Assembly (NCBI GenBank): GCA_011391015.1
Contig: JAABRH010000001.1
Location: 2,688-66,687 of the forward strand
Reading direction: 5' to 3'
DNA: 64,000 nucleotides
Origin: Sulfurovum sp.
Lineage (GTDB): Bacteria; Campylobacterota; Campylobacteria; Campylobacterales; Sulfurovaceae
Part shown: one piece after another, positions 8,011-18,018 of the stretch
Position numbering within the stretch: the stretch's first letter is position 1
Layout: each line of letters starts with the position of its first letter
Position numbers and translations under genes: made by a program
Notes under the pieces: generated by a model
Database searches by the model: none
What the model saw: only the letters and a program-made list of their open reading frames with translations
Told to the model about the DNA's origin: nothing

Positions 8011-10551
8011 ATGAACGACAATCAAGACTATATGAAGCTGGCGAATAAGCTTAGAAAATCGCTTACTGGGGAGTTGTTTGGGCAAGATAGAGCTATCGAT
8101 GCCATTGTCAACAGTATCAAGACCAATATCCTTACAACAAAAAGTGGTCCAAAAGCAACTTATCTGTTTTTGGGCTCACCTGCAACGGGTAAGACGTACC
8201 TAGCAGAGTTGATGACCAAAAATCTGCCTGAGTACAAAATACGAAAATTTGACATGACACAGTACCATGAGCAAAATGGCGGGGAATTGTACGGATACCC
8301 TAAAGGCTGGTCGGGCTACAGCATCGGACAGCTTACAGGTTTTGTGCACGATCATCCCAAATCCATCATCGTGCTGGATGCGTTTGAGAAAGCAGATAAT
8401 GTCATACAGACCAATCTTTTGTCCATCTTTGAGGGCGGAGTGATGCGCGATGCCTGCGGGTGGGATAAGATAACCGATCAGCCCTGTAATGATGCAGAAG
8501 AGAAGGTCTATACCGAAGATAATGCAAATTTTATTGTGGATTTTAAAGAGTCAATCTTTATCATCACCTCCAGTTTGGGTGAAGAGCTTTACTCAGATAA
8601 CAAATTTGTCAAGCTCATCGATGATGACTACATCCAGGCCGAATCGATGATACTCGAAGCCCTTAAAAGAGAAGAAAAACCCAATATCAAATCAGGCGGG
8701 ATGCAAAAAGCGATCATACCCGAGCTTATCTCGCGCTTCTCGCAGGCAACCATCGTGTTGTTTAACAAACTCAACTATCCTGCCTATGAGGCCATCGGTC
8801 AAAAAGCCTTTTTGGAGTACCAAGAGGTGTTTAATACAAAGTTCCAGATAGAGTTTTTGGTAGATAAACATTTTCAAAACTTTTTAAAAACCCAAATCCT
8901 GCTTTTTGCACCTGAGCTTGATGCCAGACGGATCAAAAACAAAGTGGGTGAAAACTTTTTTAGCAAACTGACAGATTATCTCATCAGTTTGGGTGATGAG
9001 ATGCCAAAGTACAACGCAATCAAAGTGGTACTGAGTAAAAAAACCGTTGATTTCATAGAGGAAAACATCTCAACGCTTATTGCTGAACAAAAACTGGTTA
9101 AAGAGCTGTTTAGAAAAAACATCAAACTGGAAATCGATGAGGGCTTTAGTGCCAAAGGTAACACTATTACTTACACCATCAAAAACTGTCGGTTTAAGCA
9201 GGTGAAGCGTATCAAGGATTTTAGTGAGGATGGGCTGGTATTTGATATCCCCAATGTTTCTTTTGCCGATATTGCAGGTCATACTACAGCAAAAACGAGA
9301 CTCAAAGAAGTTATTAACTTTTTAAAAGAGCCCAAAATGCTCAAAGCCTTTAATGTGCAACCTCCAAAGGGGATGTTGCTATACGGCCCTCCCGGTACAG
9401 GAAAAACACTTTTGGCAAAAGCTTTTTCGGCTGAAGCGCAGTTGCCTTTTATCTCTATTACAGGTGTGGAGCTGCTGCAGCTGGACAAGATTAAAAAAGT
9501 ATTTGCCAAAGCCAAAGAGTATGCGCCATCTATCATTTTTATCGATGAGATCGACACCATTGGTATACGTGAAAAAGGAAATAACCGTGAAGTTCAGATC
9601 AATAAATTTTTAGCTGAAATGGATGGATTTTCAAATAAAGAAGATGAAAATGTTTTTATCATCGCTGCGACCAACTATAAAGAAAATATCGACAGTGCCA
9701 TCATAAGGCCAGGAAGAATAGAAATACATATCAAGATAGATGATTTGGACAAAGATGCCAGGAAATATTTTATCGACAAGATCATCAAACATAAGCCAAC
9801 CAGCGGTAAGTTTGATATGCATAAACTTTTGACTTATACCGCAGGTATGACGGGTGCACAGCTAGAACTGGTAAGCAAAGAAGCATCCTACTACTGTATT
9901 AGACACAACGTACCGCACATCACGCAGGAGATATTGATAAAACAGATCAATACCATCAAATATGGTGAAAACATCTCCCATATCTCCAACGAACAACTTT
10001 TTCTCAAAGCTTCCATCAAAGAAGCAGCACATGCGGTTATCTCCAAAATTCTGATGCCTCACCTCAAGATAAAACAAATCGCACTTACACCACGCAATCA
10101 TAAAAATGGCTTTATCGCCAACAATTATGAAGAGGGTGAAAGCAATATGACCATTGAAGATATCCAAAATAGAATTTGTGTATCGCTAGCCGGCAGAATA
10201 GCACAAATCAAAAAATATGGAAGTATTGAAGGCTTAGATATGCAAGGATCTGCGGATTTGCAGCATGCTATCCACGATGCTTATATGGCGATCACCCACT
10301 ACGGTATGGATACAGAGGTGAGGTATGTCAACATGAAGGGACATACCAATGCCCAGCAGCATACACATACGTCAAACAATACACAACAAAGCACAAAAAA
10401 AATCGATGATGCACTTGAACGTTGGATGACGCAGAGTGAGCATAAAACCATTAAATTGGTAGAGGCACATTGGGAAAAAATAGAGGTGCTATCGCTACGT
10501 TTGCTTGATAAAGAGATACTGTATGAGGATGATCTGGGAGATATTGTCTAG
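8011..10551 (+). CDS. Soluble AAA+ fusion: ClpB-D2-like domain, FtsH-like AAA and M41-like domain with degenerate sites
   Basis: GQDRAI, GSPATGKT, FDMTQY; GPPGTGKT, IFIDEID, AATN..D.AIIRPGR; KEAAH in place of HExxH; LAGRIA. Confidence 0.85.
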   Translation: MNDNQDYMKLANKLRKSLTGELFGQDRAIDAIVNSIKTNILTTKSGPKATYLFLGSPATGKTYLAELMTKNLPEYKIRKFDMTQYHEQNGGELYGYPKGWSGYSIGQLTGFVHDHPKSIIVLDAFEKADNVIQTNLLSIFEGGVMRDACGWDKITDQPCNDAEEKVYTEDNANFIVDFKESIFIITSSLGEELYSDNKFVKLIDDDYIQAESMILEALKREEKPNIKSGGMQKAIIPELISRFSQATIVLFNKLNYPAYEAIGQKAFLEYQEVFNTKFQIEFLVDKHFQNFLKTQILLFAPELDARRIKNKVGENFFSKLTDYLISLGDEMPKYNAIKVVLSKKTVDFIEENISTLIAEQKLVKELFRKNIKLEIDEGFSAKGNTITYTIKNCRFKQVKRIKDFSEDGLVFDIPNVSFADIAGHTTAKTRLKEVINFLKEPKMLKAFNVQPPKGMLLYGPPGTGKTLLAKAFSAEAQLPFISITGVELLQLDKIKKVFAKAKEYAPSIIFIDEIDTIGIREKGNNREVQINKFLAEMDGFSNKEDENVFIIAATNYKENIDSAIIRPGRIEIHIKIDDLDKDARKYFIDKIIKHKPTSGKFDMHKLLTYTAGMTGAQLELVSKEASYYCIRHNVPHITQEILIKQINTIKYGENISHISNEQLFLKASIKEAAHAVISKILMPHLKIKQIALTPRNHKNGFIANNYEEGESNMTIEDIQNRICVSLAGRIAQIKKYGSIEGLDMQGSADLQHAIHDAYMAITHYGMDTEVRYVNMKGHTNAQQHTHTSNNTQQSTKKIDDALERWMTQSEHKTIKLVEAHWEKIEVLSLRLLDKEILYEDDLGDIV

Positions 10552-10566
10552 GTACTTTAAGCCTGC

Positions 10567-10595
10567 TATAAAGACTCAATGATAGAGTCTTTATA
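10567..10595. terminator. Hairpin between convergent genes
   Basis: TATAAAGACTC-N7-GAGTCTTTATA, perfect 11-bp stem. Confidence 0.7.
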
Positions 10596-10603
10596 CTGGT
10601 TTT

Positions 10604-10915
10604 TTATTGTGGTCCAATTTGGACAGAGCTGATTTGCTCTATAAATTGTTCAATAAAAAAAGTAACAAGGTTGGCCAAATCTTCAGGTGTTTTACTGAGA
10701 TAGTTGTGTTTAATCAATATCTTTTGCTCTTGTACATGTGTCTCATTGATAGCGTATTTGAGTAAGACATAAGGGGCTGAAGAGTGTGTGTCATGCATAT
10801 CGATTTTTTCTATATTTTCAGGGATATAGTAATCAATTTCAATATCCGGATCGACTAGGACATTATTCACCAAGTCTATGACTTTTTCTAATTTTGCTTT
10901 GAGTTCTTGTTGCAT
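10604..10915 (-). CDS. Hypothetical acidic protein, paralog of 10988-11293
   Basis: SD AAGGA; shares DPDIxIxYxIPE, PYxLxKY and LVTFxIEQF with its neighbour. Confidence 0.8.
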   Translation of the reverse strand: MQQELKAKLEKVIDLVNNVLVDPDIEIDYYIPENIEKIDMHDTHSSAPYVLLKYAINETHVQEQKILIKHNYLSKTPEDLANLVTFFIEQFIEQISSVQIGPQ

Positions 10916-10987
10916 GGTATTTTCCTTTGTACTATTTAATGTTAAGCATTACTCTTTTGTTAAAAAACAGAAGAGTTGCTTGATTTT

Positions 10988-11293
10988 TTATCCCATTTGT
11001 ACAGAATCAATTTCAGATTTGAACTGCTCTATGGAAAAAGTAACTAAATCGGCAATTTTTTCAGCCGTATAGTCAAGATAGGTTTTTCCTAAACGAATTT
11101 TACGTGTGGGTGTATTGTATTCGCTGATGACATATTTTACTAAGATATACGGATCTCCGTTTACATCACAAGTGTCAGTTGTCGTTGCTATTTCAGGTAT
11201 ACAGTATTCAATATCAATATCAGGATCTACCATCATGTCATTAATAAGTAAGACTACTTTGTCCAATTTTTCTTTAAGTTCTTTTTCCATCAT
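10988..11293 (-). CDS. Hypothetical acidic protein, paralog of 10604-10915
   Basis: SD GAGGA; full-length similarity to the downstream gene. Confidence 0.8.
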   Translation of the reverse strand: MMEKELKEKLDKVVLLINDMMVDPDIDIEYCIPEIATTTDTCDVNGDPYILVKYVISEYNTPTRKIRLGKTYLDYTAEKIADLVTFSIEQFKSEIDSVQMG

Positions 11294-11406
11294 TCTTCCT
11301 CTTTGTAGATAAATATGGCTTCACATTGAAATGTAAAGCATGAAGTATGTAGCTCCATACTAAATTGTATCAAAAAAAAATATAAAGTGCAGTAAAGTCT
11401 TGGGTG

Positions 11407-12351
11407 CTATTGGGCTTTTTTTACATTTTGGCGATGGGCATCGAAGCTCTGCGTAAAATCATGCGTACCTTGCGCATTTTTCATAAAATAGAGAAACTCA
11501 GTCTTGGCAGGTTTCATGGCAGCCTTGAGTGCATCGAAGCTGACAGCACCTATGGGTGAAGGAGGCAAACCTTTGTATTTGTAAGTGTTAAAGCGGCTTG
11601 TATCGTTGCGAATGCGCTCAGGGGTTATCTTGGCGTGCGAATAGATGCCATAATTGAGTGTGCCGTCCATCTGCAGTGCCATGCCTTTACTAAGACGGTT
11701 GTAGATAACTGAAGAGACCAAAGGCATCTCTTCAGTGTTTGCTGCTTCTTTTTGTATCACAGAAGCGATGATGAGTATATCAAGCCATTTTTTCTCTCTG
11801 TAGTTGCCATAGACCCTTTGAGAGATTTCTTCATATTTTTTCGTCGATTCTTCTAAAAGAAAATAGATCAGATGTTTTTCACCGATGCCGTAGGGCACAT
11901 AATAGGTATCAGCATAGATACCGGCTTCAGGGAAATGTGAAAATTCGTTATAGTAAGCAAGAAGTTTGTTTTTGTCTAGCTTGAGCTGTTGTGCCACACT
12001 CTCCAAAAAGAGTTCAGTCGTCTCTCCTGGAATCAATGTCAAGGGTTCCATTTTGGCTTTAGCAGTTGCAAGTTTATGCAGAAAATCAATACGGTTGAGC
12101 TCCGTTGCACCGATGTCCACCCAGCCACTTTGGGGTTTGCCGAGAAATGCCAGGATATACCTGTCTATGGGGCTTAGCGCATAGCCTTTTTGTGCCAGCT
12201 GTGCTATAATGTGCGAAATAGAACCCTGTGGCACAAAAAGAGTACGTGTCGTTTGAATGGGCAGCGTGGTGTAAAAGGCAAAGGTGATGATTAAAGTGAG
12301 TACGATGTTCTTTATCCATGCCATCAGGGGTATGATACGTACGATACTCAT
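11407..12351 (-). CDS. mltG: Endolytic transglycosylase MltG (YceG)
   Basis: ASVIQKE, VIYNRL..GMALQMD, NTYKYKGLPPSPI, LYF motifs; start uncertain (12351 has SD AAGGA; also 12324 or 12420). Confidence 0.9.
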   Translation of the reverse strand: MSIVRIIPLMAWIKNIVLTLIITFAFYTTLPIQTTRTLFVPQGSISHIIAQLAQKGYALSPIDRYILAFLGKPQSGWVDIGATELNRIDFLHKLATAKAKMEPLTLIPGETTELFLESVAQQLKLDKNKLLAYYNEFSHFPEAGIYADTYYVPYGIGEKHLIYFLLEESTKKYEEISQRVYGNYREKKWLDILIIASVIQKEAANTEEMPLVSSVIYNRLSKGMALQMDGTLNYGIYSHAKITPERIRNDTSRFNTYKYKGLPPSPIGAVSFDALKAAMKPAKTEFLYFMKNAQGTHDFTQSFDAHRQNVKKAQ

Positions 12352-14854
12352 GGTTTTTGTTATCCTTTTTCTTACACTCTTTATCTGGCTTAAGGTAGGT
12401 ATTAAGCTAGACATGTTCACTGTGGCGGGCTATACGGTGAATGGATTATACATTAAACTCGATAAGAGGTTTATAGTAACAGGCCAGAGGTTGATACTGC
12501 CTCATCGTAAAACGGCACCTTCATTTGCAAATATCGATACGGCATTTGACAGAATTAAATATCTGTTTACTTTTTTTGACTATATCGAGCTTAAAGATAT
12601 CCAGTTTAAAAATGATACACTGACTTTGGTTTTTGCAGATGATGTACTCTATATTACTAGTAATCAGTATGAAATTGCAGGCAATATCCATAGAGTGGGC
12701 AATAAATTTGAAGCTGAGGTTTCACTTCTGTATCTTAAAAAAGATGATTTACGTATCAGCGGAACACTTCAGTATGATTTTCAAACTGACCGCTTAAGTA
12801 CAAAAGGGGAGTTTGATGCCTTTACGATAAAGGGAAGATTTACTGCCCACAAGAGAGACAATCGGATCGATTTTAGTCTTGCAAGTGATACATTTTCTGA
12901 TTTGCATCCTTTGATAGCAAAGTTCGAGCTGAATGATACGGTAAAAGCATGGATTTTAGACAAAGTACAAGCGCAGCAGTATAAACTGCTTGAGCTAAGT
13001 GCGCAAGCCAGTATCCAAAATAAACAGTTTAAGATAGAAAAAAATACCCTCAAAGCAAAAGGGCTTTTTACCGACTGCCGTATCTATTTTAAAGAAGATG
13101 TTGCACCGGTTCTTACTCCCCGTTTTGTGTTGCGCTACGAAAACGATGGGCTGTTTTTTGACTTGAATGCACCCGTGTATGAAGGTAAAAGCCTTGAGGG
13201 AAGTACCGTCTCCATTCTCAACGTGAGTGATGACAACACGACACTGAATCTTGACCTTCGATTTGATACACCTTTTGATACAACCTTGCAAGCGCTTTTG
13301 CAGGCATATAAGTTACATATACCTGTTTTGCAAGAGAACGGAAAGATGGATGCACGCTTTAGGGCGAGTTTAGGGCTCAAAGATGACAGACAGGATTTTT
13401 TGGTAGACGCAAATCTGAGCAAAGGTGTGGTACAGATCAACACCATCAAACTCCCGGTAGAAAAGGGAGCATTACACTATAAAAAAGGAGCAATTTCTCT
13501 GGAGGGCATGGTTTTAAAAGACAGCTTGTATGAGGCACAGGTTGAGGGTATCATTCATTTGGCACAACAACAAGCAGACTTGAGCGTGAAGGCAAAATCG
13601 ATTGTGTTGGAAGCAAAAGGGCAGACCATTTTTTCGCTAAAAAATGAAACGTTTCCTGTGCAGCTTGAGTATAAAAATGATTTGCTTCTCCTGCTTCCCA
13701 AATTTTCAACCAAAATTATTCAAAGCAAAGAGAAGACACAGATTGATATTACTGATTTGAGTACACTAAAACCCTATCTTTTTGACCCCGAACCTTTTAG
13801 TGAAGGAGGAAATGTATCTGTCAAAACAAACAATTTCAAAGATTTTAGCTTTGAGGGTGTGCTCAAGCGGTCATCGTGTGTACTATATGAAAATGAAGAC
13901 AACTGCCAGGTGCGAGTTCCTTTTTCAGCAACTCTTACACCTTCAGATTTTAACTTTTATGCATTTGGTGGACGGGTTCACTATAATGAGTCAAAGTCAC
14001 GTCTGAGGCTCCAAGACATCAACATAGACCTTGAAAAATTTTTAGAAATGCAGCCCAAACAAAGCAGTAAAGAGAGAAAGAAGCTTCTTATTTTAGGTAA
14101 AAACAGTTATTTAAGGCATGGTGATCATACCTTGCTTACAGAGAGTTATGATGTTGAGCTGGAACAAAACGGCGACATAAAAGCCTTAGGAAGTGCAGAC
14201 GGTGATATTATCAAGTTTTCCAAAAAAAATGAGGATATTTCGATACAGGCCTTACGTATCAAAGATAAGGTACTGCATAAACTGATTAATTTTGAAGGAC
14301 TTTATTCAGGGCGTTATACTTTTAAAGCCCAAGGGGTTCAAAAAAAAATAATGAAAGGAGAGATTATTGTAGAGGGAGGTGTGATGAAAGATTTTAAAGC
14401 ATACAACAACACGCTTGCCCTCATCAATACGCTCCCCGATCTGGCCGTATTGCACAATCCGGGGTTTTCACAAAAAGGATTTTCTATAGAAGAAGGCGTT
14501 GTGGAGTACAGGATTATTGAACAGAAACATATCATCTTTGATTCAATCTACATCAAAGGGGCTACGGCTACTATCGCAGGCAAAGGAGAGATTGATCTGG
14601 AGAAAAAAACCATCACGATCGACTTAGCCATACAAATCGCACGCAACTTAGGTAAATTGATAGGTAATCTGCCACTTGTGGGTTATATTGTGATGGGTGA
14701 GAACAAAAGTATGACGGTAGGACTCAAAATTACAGGAGGCTTGGATAAGCCTGTGGTAAATACTTCAGCTGCCAAAGAGATATTGACGCTCCCTTTACAG
14801 ATTGTCAAGAGAACCCTTGAGGCGCCTTCAAACTTGATTCAGAAAAAACCATAA
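12287..14854 (+). CDS. AsmA/YhdP-like (DUF3971-type) envelope protein
   Basis: N-terminal TM anchor, long beta-rich body, AsmA-like C-terminus (IAGKGEIDL...LPLVGYIVMG..ITGGLDKPVV); ATG 12287 follows AAAGG. Confidence 0.8.
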   Translation: MIKVSTMFFIHAIRGMIRTILMVFVILFLTLFIWLKVGIKLDMFTVAGYTVNGLYIKLDKRFIVTGQRLILPHRKTAPSFANIDTAFDRIKYLFTFFDYIELKDIQFKNDTLTLVFADDVLYITSNQYEIAGNIHRVGNKFEAEVSLLYLKKDDLRISGTLQYDFQTDRLSTKGEFDAFTIKGRFTAHKRDNRIDFSLASDTFSDLHPLIAKFELNDTVKAWILDKVQAQQYKLLELSAQASIQNKQFKIEKNTLKAKGLFTDCRIYFKEDVAPVLTPRFVLRYENDGLFFDLNAPVYEGKSLEGSTVSILNVSDDNTTLNLDLRFDTPFDTTLQALLQAYKLHIPVLQENGKMDARFRASLGLKDDRQDFLVDANLSKGVVQINTIKLPVEKGALHYKKGAISLEGMVLKDSLYEAQVEGIIHLAQQQADLSVKAKSIVLEAKGQTIFSLKNETFPVQLEYKNDLLLLLPKFSTKIIQSKEKTQIDITDLSTLKPYLFDPEPFSEGGNVSVKTNNFKDFSFEGVLKRSSCVLYENEDNCQVRVPFSATLTPSDFNFYAFGGRVHYNESKSRLRLQDINIDLEKFLEMQPKQSSKERKKLLILGKNSYLRHGDHTLLTESYDVELEQNGDIKALGSADGDIIKFSKKNEDISIQALRIKDKVLHKLINFEGLYSGRYTFKAQGVQKKIMKGEIIVEGGVMKDFKAYNNTLALINTLPDLAVLHNPGFSQKGFSIEEGVVEYRIIEQKHIIFDSIYIKGATATIAGKGEIDLEKKTITIDLAIQIARNLGKLIGNLPLVGYIVMGENKSMTVGLKITGGLDKPVVNTSAAKEILTLPLQIVKRTLEAPSNLIQKKP

Positions 14855-14875
14855 ACAGTGTCATGCAAAGCGTTT

Positions 14876-16690
14876 TTAGCGCAATGCATTAAGCACACGA
14901 CGGTCTTTGATATGAAGATCAAGTTGAGGATGCGGCATGGCGATGCCATGGGCTGTGAGGGTATCGTAGATCAATATCAAAAGATTTGACTTCGTTGAAG
15001 GACGTATGCCTTCTATCCAGACCAGCAATTCAAGTTCGATGAAGCTTTCACCCACACCGCTCATCCATACAGCAGGTTTACGCATTTTGACATCCCTAAG
15101 CAAAGGGATTTTACTTGCCATAACGGCTTCAAGTATCACGGATCTTATCTTTTTTACATCACTGCCGTAGGGTACTTTAAAAGGGATATAGATTCTACGT
15201 ATCCGGTCTTCAAATGTCAGGTTGATTACCTGTCCGTCTATGAGGTCGCTATTTGGAACAAGTATATGAATGTTATCGATGGTTCGAATGACGGTTGCCC
15301 TAAAACCTATATCCATCACTTTTCCCGTGAGCGTCTCTTTAATGCGTATATAATCTCCCAGTTTGATATAGTTTTCACTGAGCAACACCATACCTGAGAT
15401 AATACTTGAAACTAAACTTCTCAGCGCAAAACCCACACCGATTGAGAGTGCACCGGCTAGAACGGCAAGATTGGTAACGCTTAATCCTATCGTACTCATT
15501 GCAATGATAAAAGTGACAAAAAAGATAAAAGTCGCACCGATATTGGCAACGATCTTAATAGAAGTTGTACTCATGTCTTTACGTCTTTTATGTAGCTTGG
15601 TAAAGAGTTTAAAATAGATCTTTGCGATGATGAAGCCTAAGAACAAAATTCCAAGAAGCTTGAATATGCTAAGAAAACTGATAGGCGTTTCATCCAAAAC
15701 CATAAAAGGGTTGCTGATATAACTATAGAAGTTGTCATAGTAAGAGAGGACATTTTCTTTCAAAGTCAAATAATTATAATTGATCGGATCGTCACTTGAC
15801 TTGGTCAGGTTCTCAAGTTCGATGAGCTTTGCTTGATATAAAGTTCTCTCTAGGGTTAATTGTTCTATGGTACTACGTAATTCTTTTCGCTGCAACAATA
15901 CAGCGCGCAAGTTCTTCTTTTGATAATAACTTAAAGTCAAAAGCAGTCTTTTGTCTGCAAGTGCAATGAGTGCTTTGTTGTGTGCAAGCTGAAGCTCTTT
16001 GAGTTTGCTTGCAAGTTTTTTTGAGATAGTCTCCTGAGAAAGCAGTTCACGTTCTTTGGCAAGATTGGTAGCGACAAGCTTCTTGTTGAGCTGGACTATC
16101 TCCTGTTGGTCTTTTGCAAGACTGATCTCATAAGCACTTAGATCAAATTGTACACGTGGGATGAGTGTAGCCAGCAGTGTTTCACCTTCAGATAAAAAGT
16201 GCTGATAGTTAGAGATGGAAACCTTTTCATACTGTTGTTTGAGTTTATAGTAAGCAAATTGGAGCTGGTAAAGCAAGAGGTTCTCATGTTGAAAATCAGA
16301 GATGCCCTCAATACGTTTTTTAAGATAAGAGAGCCTTTCCTGAATGAACATTTGGTTTTGTTCCAGTTTTATTTTCTTTTCAAGTGCAAGTGATACCGTA
16401 TCAAAAAGCTTGATATACTCAGTCGCCTCAATGGTCTCTTTACCGACAAGTTTGGAGTCAAGTGTTTGTAACGGCGGCTCTTTGGTTACCATCGTGCGAA
16501 GTTTTTCCAGCAGATTTTTTTCACTTTTGATACGCTCTACATCTTCATCATCTACTGCAGTCGTGTTAGATATTTTTTCCAAAATCTGGTCATAATAGAC
16601 CAAAGTATCACCTTCTTGGTACAGTCTGCTGTCTACTTGTACAGCCCATATCGAAAGTGTCAAACAAAGAAGAATGCTGAGTATTTTCAC
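14876..16690 (-). CDS. MscS-family mechanosensitive channel with periplasmic coiled-coil domain
   Basis: Signal peptide; AGALSIGVGFAL, IKLGDYIRI, RATVIRT.DN..VPNS. Confidence 0.88.
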   Translation of the reverse strand: MKILSILLCLTLSIWAVQVDSRLYQEGDTLVYYDQILEKISNTTAVDDEDVERIKSEKNLLEKLRTMVTKEPPLQTLDSKLVGKETIEATEYIKLFDTVSLALEKKIKLEQNQMFIQERLSYLKKRIEGISDFQHENLLLYQLQFAYYKLKQQYEKVSISNYQHFLSEGETLLATLIPRVQFDLSAYEISLAKDQQEIVQLNKKLVATNLAKERELLSQETISKKLASKLKELQLAHNKALIALADKRLLLTLSYYQKKNLRAVLLQRKELRSTIEQLTLERTLYQAKLIELENLTKSSDDPINYNYLTLKENVLSYYDNFYSYISNPFMVLDETPISFLSIFKLLGILFLGFIIAKIYFKLFTKLHKRRKDMSTTSIKIVANIGATFIFFVTFIIAMSTIGLSVTNLAVLAGALSIGVGFALRSLVSSIISGMVLLSENYIKLGDYIRIKETLTGKVMDIGFRATVIRTIDNIHILVPNSDLIDGQVINLTFEDRIRRIYIPFKVPYGSDVKKIRSVILEAVMASKIPLLRDVKMRKPAVWMSGVGESFIELELLVWIEGIRPSTKSNLLILIYDTLTAHGIAMPHPQLDLHIKDRRVLNALR

Positions 16691-16779
16691 GTCTATCCTA
16701 TACCTAGTGTAAAATCTGAATTGATTATATCATCATACCATTTTTTAATACCATAAGCGGTAAGAAAAGAGCTTCACTA

Positions 16780-18015
16780 CTATTCGTTTCTCAAAACGGT
16801 TAAAGGATCTGTCTGTGCGGCTTTTTTGGCCGGGTATAGTGCTGAAAAAATGATAATGATGCTTGTGCCAAGCAGTATCAGTCCAAAATCATTCAGCATC
16901 AGATCAACAGGCAGTTTGCTGGTACCGTACACATCTTCAGGCATAGAGATAATATCAAAGGTCTTAAGTGCCCATATACCAAGCCCGCCAAGCAGAGTAC
17001 CTGCAAAAATCCCCATACTTCCGATAATAAGCCCCAAAGTGAAAAAAATCGATTGTATCTCTTTTTTTGTCGCTCCCAATGTACGCAAAAGGGCTATCTC
17101 AGATCTTCTGCTCATCACGGTCATCAGTAAAGAAGAGATGATGTTGAGCGATGCGACTAAGATGATGAGCAATAAAACCAGAAAAAGTGCTTTTTTTTCC
17201 ATCTCCATCGCTGCAAAGAAGTTCCCGTTTTGCTGCCACCAACCCTCTATGACTACCGTTTGGGGCAACACTTTTTTGATTGCTTCAATCTCATCTAAAG
17301 GATTTTTGGTAAAGATGTGCAGACCGTCATAACTTCCCACTTTTCGCTTGAGCAGTTTCCTAAAAGCTTCAAGCGAGGTGTACATGATGGCTTTATCATA
17401 CGCTTTGAGACCCGATTTGAAGATACCATCCACACTGAAACGTTTTTGAAGCGGCATAGTCCCAAAGCCGATGGCTTGTTGTTCTGAAAAATAGAGCGTG
17501 ACTTTGTCGCCTTTTTGGGCATTCATCTCAAAAGAGAGTCCTTCTCCGATGACCACACCAAATCTATTTTGCGTATCTCCTCTGGCTTCTTTAAAGATAG
17601 GGTTGATAGCTGCTTCTTTGTCAAAATCCACACCGTAGACTAAAGAGCCTTGTACCGCACCGTCATTTTTGGTGATGACTTGTGTGGTGTAGTAGGGGCT
17701 AAATTGTAGCTGGGGAAATTTTTGAGCCAACGTGTCTAGGAGTTCTTCATTTAGCGCATCTTCTTCAAGAGGCAGGACAGTGAGCGGGTAGTTCATGACA
17801 AAAAGTTTTTTACTGAACTCTTTTTGTGTCCCGTTCATGATACCCATGGCAATCATTAAGACCATCACCCCAGCAGCGATGCCTAAAAAAGCCAGCAAAG
17901 CGGAGACAAAGATAAAAGGATTTTCTCTGTCGTATTTGAGATAATGTCTGATGATATGCCGAATCAGCTTTTTATTAGGTGCTACTGCTGTTTTGCTTTG
18001 ATTGTTTACACTCAT
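16780..18015 (-). CDS. Lipoprotein-releasing ABC permease (LolC/E family)
   Basis: GIMNG, VASLNIISSLLMTVMSRRSEIALLRTLGA, YPAKKAAQTDP..LRNE; next to secA and lolA. Confidence 0.9.
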   Translation of the reverse strand: MSVNNQSKTAVAPNKKLIRHIIRHYLKYDRENPFIFVSALLAFLGIAAGVMVLMIAMGIMNGTQKEFSKKLFVMNYPLTVLPLEEDALNEELLDTLAQKFPQLQFSPYYTTQVITKNDGAVQGSLVYGVDFDKEAAINPIFKEARGDTQNRFGVVIGEGLSFEMNAQKGDKVTLYFSEQQAIGFGTMPLQKRFSVDGIFKSGLKAYDKAIMYTSLEAFRKLLKRKVGSYDGLHIFTKNPLDEIEAIKKVLPQTVVIEGWWQQNGNFFAAMEMEKKALFLVLLLIILVASLNIISSLLMTVMSRRSEIALLRTLGATKKEIQSIFFTLGLIIGSMGIFAGTLLGGLGIWALKTFDIISMPEDVYGTSKLPVDLMLNDFGLILLGTSIIIIFSALYPAKKAAQTDPLTVLRNE

Positions 18016-18018
18016 TAC

